From Candidatus Caldarchaeales archaeon (GTDB lineage Archaea > Thermoproteota > Nitrososphaeria_A > Caldarchaeales > Calditenuaceae), in contig JBCNVM010000007.1 in NCBI GenBank assembly GCA_039630085.1, positions 7,742 to 31,741 of the forward strand: a DNA stretch of 24,000 nucleotides. The letters are read 5' to 3'. The translations under genes were made by a program, and so were the position numbers. The notes below the pieces were generated by a model that did not search any database, had not been told where the DNA came from, and worked only from the letters and a program-made list of their open reading frames with translations. Shown here in pieces: positions 14,312 through 22,041 of the stretch (position 1 is its first letter; each line of letters opens with the position of its first letter).

Positions 14312-15391
14312 TTACTCCTCCTCGTCGGGAAGTATCACGAGTGCGACATCCCCGTCGGAGTTCACTAGAGGTACACTCGGAGCCTTTTCCTCAGCGACTT
14401 CCTCTTCAACGATCTCCTCATCGTCTCTCGGTTTTCGCCAACGTCTTCTCAGCCGGAGCATTCTCTCCCTTACTATCTCTTCGAGCCTGCGCAGCTTCCT
14501 CTCAATAGAAAACCCGACCTTTTCCAGAAACAGCGGCAGGCAGGCATTACGTATTCGGATCCTATAACAGTCCTTACTAGACACGCCCCCTCCGATCTCC
14601 ATTGATGTGCCGGCTGGTATGTGTAGGTACGGACCTGTGGACATTATTCCTAGGTCCTCCAACAACTCCTGTGCCCACCTCAGCACATCGACGTTTGTAT
14701 TGTACAGTATTACGCCGCTCTTACCGACACTTCCCTCCGAGTCGAAGAAACCCCGGAGGAAAGCGACCTTTGTCTGTTCATCGTGCTCGACGAACTTCCG
14801 TATTCGTTCGATGTCTCTATCAATAAGAAGCTGGGTCAATATTATGTCCCGCACTCTAACGACATAAAACGTCTTCCCGTCTCTAACCATTTCTAGAATC
14901 GGCGGAGGATCCCTGTTCAGGACTTTCGCCAGCGCCTGTGCGAAGGACATGGCGAAGTCCAGATCCCGGACAATTAGTTGGATCACACATGCCCATTTAC
15001 GTCTATAATGGAGCAGATAGACTGACCCGTCCCCGAAGACCACGCCTATGACATAGGCTAGTTCCGGAGACGGCTCCAGCTCGTCGAGTGACCGGAACCT
15101 CCGACGCTGGGATAATCCCATCCGATAGGGCGACCTCTCCCCTCTCATCCATCTTACTACGGTTGACTGATATATTGTCACCCCGAAGGTTTCATAAATA
15201 ATTTCCACGATCTGTTTGACGCTGTATCCTTGTTCTATCAGCTGTAGGGCTACATGATAAATCTGGATCATGAGGGCTTTGGGTCTCCTTCGGCGCTTTT
15301 TCGTGGTCCCTCCTTTCTTAGATCGTCGGGTCTCGCCTCTCGGGCCAAGAGACGAGACTGCTAAGTCCGGATCCACCAAGCCATCCGACAT
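14312..15391 (-). CDS. Free-standing double-motif LAGLIDADG homing-endonuclease-like protein with N-terminal HTH and acidic C-terminal tail
   Basis: There are two LAGLIDADG motifs about 95 aa apart, LAYVIGVVFGDGSV and VAFLRGFFDSEGSV, and both keep the acidic catalytic position (D, E). The N-terminus has a basic KKRRRRPK stretch plus a resolvase/transposase-like HTH (GYSVKQIVEIIYETFGVTIYQSTVVRWMRG). A strong SD, GGAGGTGA, lies 6 nt upstream of ATG 15391. Confidence 0.8.
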   Translation of the reverse strand: MSDGLVDPDLAVSSLGPRGETRRSKKGGTTKKRRRRPKALMIQIYHVALQLIEQGYSVKQIVEIIYETFGVTIYQSTVVRWMRGERSPYRMGLSQRRRFRSLDELEPSPELAYVIGVVFGDGSVYLLHYRRKWACVIQLIVRDLDFAMSFAQALAKVLNRDPPPILEMVRDGKTFYVVRVRDIILTQLLIDRDIERIRKFVEHDEQTKVAFLRGFFDSEGSVGKSGVILYNTNVDVLRWAQELLEDLGIMSTGPYLHIPAGTSMEIGGGVSSKDCYRIRIRNACLPLFLEKVGFSIERKLRRLEEIVRERMLRLRRRWRKPRDDEEIVEEEVAEEKAPSVPLVNSDGDVALVILPDEEE

Positions 15392-15576
15392 TTCCTTTCA
15401 CCTCCGGGGGTCGAACTCCCTTCCCCGAGCAGGAAGAAACCCTCCCGCATGGGCAGGAGGGTCCCCCTGTCGAGGGCCAGACCACCTGAGGGGTGAATTT
15501 AAGCCTCGCTAGCGGCGTCGGTCCGAGACCTAGGGAACGGGATGGGCTTTATCCGGCAGGAGCTCGGCGACCGGTC

Positions 15577-16287
15577 GTGAAAGATTGGACCCTTCCCGTG
15601 GTGGTTCTGAACTTCAAGGCGTACAGGGAGGCGGTGGGAAGCGGCGCAGAGAGGCTCGGTTACGTCGCGGAGACCGTCTCGAGGGAGCTGGGCGTCACGG
15701 TCGCGGTCGCGGTCCAGCCGACCGACGTCTACAGGCTCTCCGGCAGGCTCGGGATTCCCGTCCTGGGACAGCACGTCGATCCCTACGAGGAGGGGAGCTG
15801 GACGGGGCACGTGACCGCGTTCGCGCTGAGGGAGGCTGGGGCAGCGGGGAGCCTCCTGAACCACTCCGAGAGGAGGATAGGGCTCTCCGAGATCGCGGCC
15901 GCGGTCGAGCTCCTCAGGAAGGAGGGCCTGAAGTCGATCGTCTGCGCCGACACGCCGCTGACCAGCAGGGCCGCCGGAGCCCTGAGGCCGGACATGGTCG
16001 CGGTCGAGCCCCCGGAGCTGATAGGGACCGGGATATCGGTCTCGAGGGCGAGGCCGGAGGTCGTCACCGACGCGGTGAAGATGCTGGCCTCCGTCGAGCC
16101 GAGCGTCTCGCTCCTCTGCGGCGCGGGCATCTCGACCCCGGAGGACGTCTACAGGGCGATAGAGCTGGGAACGGTGGGAGTGCTGGTCTCGTCGGCGTTC
16201 GTGAAGTCCAAGGACCCCCAGCAGACCCTAACGGGCTTCTGCGAGGCGGCGCTGAAGGCCTACGAGCGGAGGGTCAGTAGATCCTGA
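15577..16287 (+). CDS. tpiA: Triosephosphate isomerase (archaeal type)
   Basis: Motifs VVVLNFKAY, GSLLNHSERR, AVEPPELIGTG and LCGAGIS are present. The track ORF starts at GTG 15493 with 28 non-conserved codons. GTG 15577 (or GTG 15595) gives the typical length of about 230-236 aa. Confidence 0.85.
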   Translation: MKDWTLPVVVLNFKAYREAVGSGAERLGYVAETVSRELGVTVAVAVQPTDVYRLSGRLGIPVLGQHVDPYEEGSWTGHVTAFALREAGAAGSLLNHSERRIGLSEIAAAVELLRKEGLKSIVCADTPLTSRAAGALRPDMVAVEPPELIGTGISVSRARPEVVTDAVKMLASVEPSVSLLCGAGISTPEDVYRAIELGTVGVLVSSAFVKSKDPQQTLTGFCEAALKAYERRVSRS

Positions 16288-16918
16288 TCTCGACCAGCTG
16301 GACCGGGACGTAGGAGCTGCTTGGGACCACCGCGGCCACCCTCTCCTCCACCTCGACCTCCACCTCCTGAATCGCGCCCGGGACCAGCGACTGTCCGAAG
16401 TAGCCGAACTCCTCCCTGTAGGGAGCCAGCCTGACGGCCGAACCGTCGGAGAGGTACGCGGCGATCACCGGCGAGGAGGCGAAGGCGCGGGACGCCTCGG
16501 GGACCGCGATGAGGGCCTCGATCTTGGTGCCGTCGTCGCCCACTGTCAGCCTCACCTCCTCGAGCCTGATTCTCCTTACCTCGAACGTCAGCTCGACGGT
16601 CAGGTCCCTCTCGGCGCGGACCTCCAGCACCACGACCGCGAACCTCGAGTCCGGGAGCTTCACGTAGGAGCTGTACCTCCCGGGGGCCGCGCTGAACCTG
16701 AAGGTCCCGTCCTCCCCGGTCACCCCCCTCTCGAGCCCCAGGACCACCAGAGCGCCCTCGACGGGCCTCGGTCGGCCGTCCTCCACCATCCGGACCCTGA
16801 ACGTCACCTCCCTTGCCAGCGAGAGGCCGAAGCCCTCGCCGATGCTCCCCGACGAGTTGAAGACGGTCAGGAGGAGCATCAGGGCCGCGCCGATCGCGGC
16901 CGCCCCGGCCCACCTCAT
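16274..16918 (-). CDS. Secreted or membrane-anchored hypothetical protein, beta-rich (carboxypeptidase-regulatory-like domain suspected)
   Basis: 214 aa. It has an N-terminal signal/anchor (AAAIGAALMLLLTVF) and a GALVVLGLERGVTGEDGTFRFSAAPGRY pattern. A TATA-like GTTAAAGG lies about 28 nt upstream of ATG 16918. It is preferred over the RG-rich overlapping ORF 16260..17306. Confidence 0.55.
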   Translation of the reverse strand: MRWAGAAAIGAALMLLLTVFNSSGSIGEGFGLSLAREVTFRVRMVEDGRPRPVEGALVVLGLERGVTGEDGTFRFSAAPGRYSSYVKLPDSRFAVVVLEVRAERDLTVELTFEVRRIRLEEVRLTVGDDGTKIEALIAVPEASRAFASSPVIAAYLSDGSAVRLAPYREEFGYFGQSLVPGAIQEVEVEVEERVAAVVPSSSYVPVQLVEIRIY

Positions 16919-17021
16919 ACCCCGCTCGGGGTCGGGGCTCAGCCTTTAACGTGTCGCCGCGGCCCCCGGCGATCCTAGCGGCGCGGAAACTCAAATCTCC
17001 GGGCATCGAGGTGGATCCGTG

Positions 17022-17732
17022 ATGACGAAGGCCGTCATCCTCGCGGGAGGGTTCGGGAAGAGGCTGAGGCCGCTGACGGACACGCTCCCCAAGCCGCTGC
17101 TGAGGGTCGCGGAGAGGCCGATCATCGAGTGGCAGATCAGGTGGCTCGCCTCCCACGGCATCAAGAGCGTCGTCGTCTGCGCCGGCTACCTCAAGGAGAA
17201 GATGGTCGAGGAGCTGGGGAGCGGCGCTAGGCTCGGGGTGAGGCTGGGCTTCGTCTTCGAGGACGAGCCTCTGGGGACCGCAGGAGCCCTCAAGAACGCC
17301 GAGCACTTCCTCGCCGGAGAGAGGTCCTTCCTGGTCCTGAACGGCGACGTCCTGACCGACCTCGACCCGACGTACGTCCTCTCGGCAGCCGAGCGCTACC
17401 TCGCCTCGATGGCGGTCGTGCCGCTGCCCTCACCGTACGGGATCGTCGACCTCGAGGAGTCGACCGGACGGGTGAAGGGTTTCAGGGAGAAGCCGATGCT
17501 CGGGGAGTACTGGATCAACGCGGGCGTCTATGCGCTCAGGGGCGAGCTGCTGGCGGAGCTTCCGGAGAGCGGCGACCTCGAGAGGGAGGTCTTCCCGAGG
17601 CTAGCAGCGAGGGGACAGCTGGTGGCGATCAGGTACGAGCACTGCTACTGGAAGTCCATAGACTCCCACAAGGACCTGGAGGAGGCCTCGGCTCACTTCA
17701 GGGAGCCTGAGAGGTCCAGGGCCATCACGTAG
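17022..17732 (+). CDS. Sugar-phosphate nucleotidyltransferase (NTP_transferase family)
   Basis: The N-terminus has the family signature AVILAGGFGKRLRPLTDTLPKPLL, followed by EDEPLGTAGAL and LVLNGDVL. The start is GTG 17019 or ATG 17022, preceded by GGTGG and a TATA-like AAACTCAAATC. Confidence 0.8.
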   Translation: MTKAVILAGGFGKRLRPLTDTLPKPLLRVAERPIIEWQIRWLASHGIKSVVVCAGYLKEKMVEELGSGARLGVRLGFVFEDEPLGTAGALKNAEHFLAGERSFLVLNGDVLTDLDPTYVLSAAERYLASMAVVPLPSPYGIVDLEESTGRVKGFREKPMLGEYWINAGVYALRGELLAELPESGDLEREVFPRLAARGQLVAIRYEHCYWKSIDSHKDLEEASAHFREPERSRAIT

Positions 17733-18223
17733 GCGTCCTCGCCGTCGAGGTAGTAGTGCTTGATCGTGTCGACGACGGAGAAGCCCAGCGACTCGTACAT
17801 CCTGATCGCGGGGTTGTTGGTGACCCGGACCTCCAGAAAGACCTCGTCGCAGCGGTAGACGTCCCTCATCGCCCTGATCGCCTCCAGCATCAGCGCCCTA
17901 CCTATCCCCCTCCTCCTGTGCTCGGGGAGAACCGCTATCGAGATCACGTGTCCCAGCTTCCTGAACCGGAGCCCTCCGAACTTCGAGAACCCCCTCTCCA
18001 CCCTGCACATGACGTACCCGACTATCCTGCCCTCGAGCTCCGCGACGACGAAGCTCTCGGGATGGGACTTCGCGACGCTGAGGAAGAACGAGTAGGTGTA
18101 GTTCTCGGGCAGGGTCAGCCTGTTGACGTTCATCACGTCCAGCAGGTCCTCCTCCCTGACCGGCCTCAGGACGTACTGCGCGTCCTCGCGCCTAAGCACC
18201 TCCAAGAACGCCAGCCTCCCGAC
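17693..18223 (-). CDS. GNAT N-alpha-acetyltransferase (archaeal Ard1/NatA-catalytic-subunit type; annotated rimI-like in many genomes)
   Basis: It closely resembles Sulfolobus Ard1 as recalled: NRLTLPENYTYSFF, GHVISIAVLPEHRRRGIG, LEVRVTNNPAIRMYESLGF, YYLDGEDAYVMA. The ORF is open to TTG 18292. GTG 18223 fits the TATA-like box near 18255-18270 and the usual length. Confidence 0.8.
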   Translation of the reverse strand, partial: VGRLAFLEVLRREDAQYVLRPVREEDLLDVMNVNRLTLPENYTYSFFLSVAKSHPESFVVAELEGRIVGYVMCRVERGFSKFGGLRFRKLGHVISIAVLPEHRRRGIGRALMLEAIRAMRDVYRCDEVFLEVRVTNNPAIRMYESLGFSVVDTIKHYYLDGEDAYVMALDLSGSLK

Positions 18224-18309
18224 CACGTGAGCCCCCGGACACTTAAGACTTTCCCGGAGACCAATAACTTGATAAGACGGCCATCGGTTCAATCCTCTTA
18301 GGTTCTGCG

Positions 18310-18657
18310 GTGGTGATCTTGTCGTCCTCGGGGGGAGTCTCTCGTCCTAGGAGGTCAACCAAGCAGCCCAAGCCCCAGCCCGCGGCGAAGCGGGAGCCCG
18401 CGAAGGCCCCCGAGGCCGAGCGGGTGGTCGTCGTGGAACTGATGGGGTGGAGGATCGAGCACGAGCTCCTCGACAGCGCAGAGGCCGAGCAGGTCCTCAA
18501 CCGCTACAAGGCTACCCGCAACCAGCTGCCGAAGATCCTGGTCACGGACCCGGTCGTCAGGAAAATGGGCGCTAAGCCCGGCGATATCATAAAAATCACG
18601 AGGACCTCACCTACCGCAGGGTTGACCGTCTACTATAGGGTGGTGGAGGAGGCTTGA
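18310..18657 (+). CDS. rpoH: DNA-directed RNA polymerase subunit H (Rpo5)
   Basis: The C-terminal block is NQLPKILVTDPVVRKMGAKPGDIIKITRTSPTAGLTVYYRVV. The stop TGA overlaps the rpoB TTG start (TTGA at 18654-18657). The start is uncertain: GTG 18310 gives a K/P/A-rich extension, and GTG 18424 or ATG 18442 give a conventional length. Confidence 0.85.
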   Translation: MVILSSSGGVSRPRRSTKQPKPQPAAKREPAKAPEAERVVVVELMGWRIEHELLDSAEAEQVLNRYKATRNQLPKILVTDPVVRKMGAKPGDIIKITRTSPTAGLTVYYRVVEEA

Positions 18658-21600
18658 AGGCCAGGCCATCTCCTGAGTCCCTCACCCACGACGATCTCTG
18701 GGCCGTCGCGAAGGCCATCGTCGAGGAGGAAGGCCTGATCGCGCACCACTTCAGGTCCTACGAGTACTTCGTCAGGGAGGGGCTCGAGAGGCTCCTCAGG
18801 AGCATGAGCCCCCAGGAGATCAAGACGAAGCAGGGCGTCGCGTACCTCTACTTCAGGGAACCCGAGATAGGCCTGCCGACGATAAGGGAGGTCGACGGGT
18901 CGGAGAGGCACTACGTCACGCCCAACGAGTGCAGGCTGAGGAACATCAGCTACACCGCTCCGATCTACGTCAGGGTCACGCTCAAGCTCGACGACCAAGA
19001 GATCGTCAGGAGCGAGAGGGTTCAGATCGGGGTCCTGCCGATCATGGTGAAGTCCTCCGTCTGTCCCCTCAGCAGGATGTCCGAAGAGGAGCTCATCGCG
19101 ATCGGAGAGGACCCCACCGACCCGGGGGGATACTTCATCATCAACGGCTCCGAGAGGGTCATAGTCGCGATCGAGGACCTAGCTCCCAACAAGGTCCTGA
19201 TCACCTCGAAGGAGCAGGACGGAGGAGTCCAGTACTCGGCCGCGGTGATCTCGATCTCCTACGGGAGGCAGAGCAAGGTCGAGGTCACCTACAAGCCCGG
19301 CGGGCCGGTGAGGGTCTTCTTCGCGAAGATCCACAAGGGCATACCGCTGATCGTCATGCTGAGGGCCCTGGGGATGGAGAACGACAGGCAGATCGCGGAG
19401 TTCGTCTCGCCGCTCCCGGAGGTCCAGGAGATGCTTATCGAGAGCTTCAAGGAGGCGGAGGGGATCGAGGACAAGAAGGAGGCCCTGAGGTTCCTGGGGA
19501 ACAGGGTCGCCTTCGGGTACGCGGAGGAGTACAGGATCGAGAGGGCGGAGCAGATGCTCGACAGCAACTTCCTCATCCACCTCGGCACGAACAAGGAGGC
19601 CAGGTTCAAGAAGGCCGTGATGCTCTGCGACGTGGTAGGGAAGCTCCTCGAGACGGCCGCGGGGATCAGGAAGCCGGACGACAAGGACCACTACGCCAAC
19701 AAGAGGCTCAAGCTCGAGTCGCAGCTCCTGACGGAGCTCTACAGGTCCGCCCTCAACAAGCTCATCAGGGACATCAGGTACCAGCTCGAGAGGATACTCG
19801 TAACTAGGCAGCCCATCTCGCTCTCCACGTTCATCAGGCCCGGGATAGTGAACGACGTGGTCCTGACGGCCTTCTCCACGGGCAACTGGCCCGGGGGGAG
19901 GGTGGGAGTCACGCAGATACTCAACAGGACCAACTACCTCGCGACCGTCAGCCACCTGAGGAGGGTCCAGAGCCCTCTGAGCAGGAGCCAGCCCCACTTC
20001 GAGGCCAGGGACCTCCACGGGACCCACTGGGGGAGGATATGTCCAGCCGAGACGCCCGAGGGCGCGAACGCGGGACTGGTCAAGAACTTGGCCCTCGGTG
20101 CAGAGGTCACGGTGCCGCTCCTGAAGGACGAAGAGGAGGGCCTCAGGGAGAGGCTCTGGAAGCTCGGGCTGGTCAGCCTGATGGCGGTCATCGAGAAGAG
20201 GACGGCGGCGAGGAGGAAGGAGCTCAGGACCAAGGTCTACATCAACGACGAGCTGATCGGGTACCACCCTGACGGGAGGAAGCTCGTGAGGGAGCTGAAG
20301 AGGATGAGGAGGAGCGGCGAGGTCAGCCAGTCCGTCAACGTCCTCTTCAGGGAGTACGAACACCTCTCGGAGGTCTACATCTACTCCGACGAGGGAAGGG
20401 TCAGGAGGCCCCTGGTGGTCGTTGAGGACGGCGAGGTCAAGCTCAAGCGGCACATGGCCGAGTCCGTCGCGCAGGGGACGCTGAAGTCGAGGGACCTGAC
20501 AGCGATGGGGGTGATCGAGTACCTCGACGCCAGCGAGGAGGACAACGCCTACACGGCCCTCAGGCCGGAGGACGTCACCAAGTCCCACGACTACCTCGAG
20601 ATAAGCCCGCTGATGATGATGGGCGTCGTGGCCGGGATCATCCCCTTCAGCAACCACAACCAGTCGCCTAGGAACGTCTACGAGGCCTCGATGGCGAAGC
20701 AGGCCCTCGGCCTCCCCGCGATCTCGTATCCGGTCAGGACCGACAGCAGGCTCCACGTGATGATCTACCCGCAGAAGGCCCTCGTCAAGACGAAGGTGAT
20801 GGACCTCCTCGGGCTCGACAGGAGGCCGATAGGTCAGAACTTCGTCGTCGCGGTGCTGACGGGATACGGCTACAACATCGAGGACGCGGTCGTGCTGAAC
20901 AGGTCCGCGATCGAGAGGGGACTCGCGGTCACGATGAGCTACAGGACCTACGAGGTCGAGGCCAGGCAGTACCTCGGCGGCGAGAAGGACAGGGTCGCGG
21001 TGCCGGACCCGAACGTCAGGGGCTACAGGGGCGAGCAGTACTACAGGGTCCTCGACAGGGACGGCCTCGCGGTCCCCGAGTCCGAGGTCACCGACGGCAT
21101 GGTCCTCGTCGGGGTCGTCAGCCCGCCCAGGTTCATGGAGGAGTACGTCAGGACGCCGGCCAGGGAGATGGTCTGGAGGGACGCCTCGGAGGCGGTGAGG
21201 CCCTCAGAGGTCGGGATCGTCGACGAGATATTCGCCTCGAGGACCGTCGAGGGCAACGCGCTCATCAAGCCCAGGGTCAGGGCCCTCTGCTTCCCCGAGA
21301 TCGGCGACAAGTTCGCTTCCAGGCACGGCCAGAAGGGCGTGATCGGGATGGTCTTCCAGCAGGCCGACCTCCCCTACACCGAGAGCGGGATCGTCCCGGA
21401 CCTCATCATCAACCCGCACGCCTTCCCGTCCAGGATGACGGTCGGCCAGCTGATCGAGAGCCTCGCGGGGAAGCTCGCAGCGCTGAGGGGCGAGCCGGTG
21501 GACGGCTCTCCGTTCGTCGGGAAGGGCCTCGAGGAGATCAAGAGGGAGCTGGAGGAGCTGGGGTTCAGGAGCACCGGGACCGAGGTGATGTACGACGGCC

Positions 21601-22040
21601 TCACCGGGAGGCGGTACGAGGTCGAGGTCTTCATAGGCGTCACTTTCTACCAGAGGCTCCACCACCTCGTCAGGGACAAGATCCACGCGAGGTCCAGGGG
21701 CCAGGTCCAGATGCTCACCCGCCAGCCGACCGAGGGCAGGGCGAGGGGAGGGGGCCTGAAGTTCGGGGAGATGGAGAGGGACTGCCTCCTCGCCTACGGC
21801 GCGAGCTACCTGCTCCTCGACAGGCTCCTCGAGCAGTCCGACAAGTACACCGTCTACTTCTGCGAGAAGTGCGGGCTCGCGGCCTACTACGACCTGAAGC
21901 AGGAGAGGCTCGTCTGCCCGATCCACGGGAAGAACCCGCCCGCGAAGCCGGTCACGCTCTCCTACGCCTTCTACCTGCTGCTGAACGAGCTGCTCTCGAT
22001 GGGCATCTACCCGAAGGTCGTCCTGGAGGAGGTGGCCTGA
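18654..22040 (+). CDS. rpoB: DNA-directed RNA polymerase subunit B (unsplit, 1128 aa)
   Basis: This is a full-length single ORF with canonical blocks GRICPAETPEGANAGLVKNLAL, NHNQSPRNVYEASMAKQA, SRHGQKGV, PSRMTVGQL, GGLKFGEMERDCL and a C-terminal Zn-ribbon (CEKCG...CPIHG). There is no intein-sized insertion. Confidence 0.97.
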   Translation: MKARPSPESLTHDDLWAVAKAIVEEEGLIAHHFRSYEYFVREGLERLLRSMSPQEIKTKQGVAYLYFREPEIGLPTIREVDGSERHYVTPNECRLRNISYTAPIYVRVTLKLDDQEIVRSERVQIGVLPIMVKSSVCPLSRMSEEELIAIGEDPTDPGGYFIINGSERVIVAIEDLAPNKVLITSKEQDGGVQYSAAVISISYGRQSKVEVTYKPGGPVRVFFAKIHKGIPLIVMLRALGMENDRQIAEFVSPLPEVQEMLIESFKEAEGIEDKKEALRFLGNRVAFGYAEEYRIERAEQMLDSNFLIHLGTNKEARFKKAVMLCDVVGKLLETAAGIRKPDDKDHYANKRLKLESQLLTELYRSALNKLIRDIRYQLERILVTRQPISLSTFIRPGIVNDVVLTAFSTGNWPGGRVGVTQILNRTNYLATVSHLRRVQSPLSRSQPHFEARDLHGTHWGRICPAETPEGANAGLVKNLALGAEVTVPLLKDEEEGLRERLWKLGLVSLMAVIEKRTAARRKELRTKVYINDELIGYHPDGRKLVRELKRMRRSGEVSQSVNVLFREYEHLSEVYIYSDEGRVRRPLVVVEDGEVKLKRHMAESVAQGTLKSRDLTAMGVIEYLDASEEDNAYTALRPEDVTKSHDYLEISPLMMMGVVAGIIPFSNHNQSPRNVYEASMAKQALGLPAISYPVRTDSRLHVMIYPQKALVKTKVMDLLGLDRRPIGQNFVVAVLTGYGYNIEDAVVLNRSAIERGLAVTMSYRTYEVEARQYLGGEKDRVAVPDPNVRGYRGEQYYRVLDRDGLAVPESEVTDGMVLVGVVSPPRFMEEYVRTPAREMVWRDASEAVRPSEVGIVDEIFASRTVEGNALIKPRVRALCFPEIGDKFASRHGQKGVIGMVFQQADLPYTESGIVPDLIINPHAFPSRMTVGQLIESLAGKLAALRGEPVDGSPFVGKGLEEIKRELEELGFRSTGTEVMYDGLTGRRYEVEVFIGVTFYQRLHHLVRDKIHARSRGQVQMLTRQPTEGRARGGGLKFGEMERDCLLAYGASYLLLDRLLEQSDKYTVYFCEKCGLAAYYDLKQERLVCPIHGKNPPAKPVTLSYAFYLLLNELLSMGIYPKVVLEEVA

Positions 22041-22041
22041 G

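Larger units (their letters stand above)
12011..15391. mobile_element. Low-GC island, putatively horizontally acquired or a decayed integrated element
   Basis: Hand-counted samples give about 34% GC at 12011-12100 and 43-55% in two 60-nt samples of the LAGLIDADG gene, against 65% at 11821-11880. The contents are a broken HAD gene, ORF-poor DNA, a tRNA and a homing-endonuclease-like gene. No integrase is seen. Confidence 0.35.

Noticed and set aside
15406-15420. T-arm-like hairpin GGGGGTCGAACTCCC that might be a second tRNA remnant or direct att repeat
   Set aside because: Its similarity to the tRNA-Ala T arm is limited to the tcgaa core. No acceptor, anticodon or D-arm partners lie nearby, and it sits within the 5' leader region of the LAGLIDADG gene.
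15493-15576. 28-codon N-terminal extension of TIM and the alternative-frame ORF 15585..16280
   Set aside because: The extension is not conserved with archaeal TIMs, which start a few residues before the NFKAY motif. The alternative frame is an R/G-rich shadow.
16260-17306. 348-aa ORF on the minus strand, extremely R/G/P-rich
   Set aside because: It lies antisense to the nucleotidyltransferase gene and out of frame with the better 16274..16918 ORF. The composition is typical of high-GC shadow ORFs, and I recognise no motif.
19179-20756. 525-aa ORF antisense to rpoB, plus 18929..19807(+), 21204..22127(-) and smaller ones
   Set aside because: They lie entirely inside the unambiguous rpoB coding region. 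The sequence is low-complexity and rich in R/P/L/D/E/V, so these are shadow ORFs.
18654-22040. Intein or split in rpoB
   Set aside because: At 1128 aa the length is in line with unsplit crenarchaeal B subunits as I recall them, and the conserved blocks are contiguous. There is no Cys/Ser..HN-type insertion.
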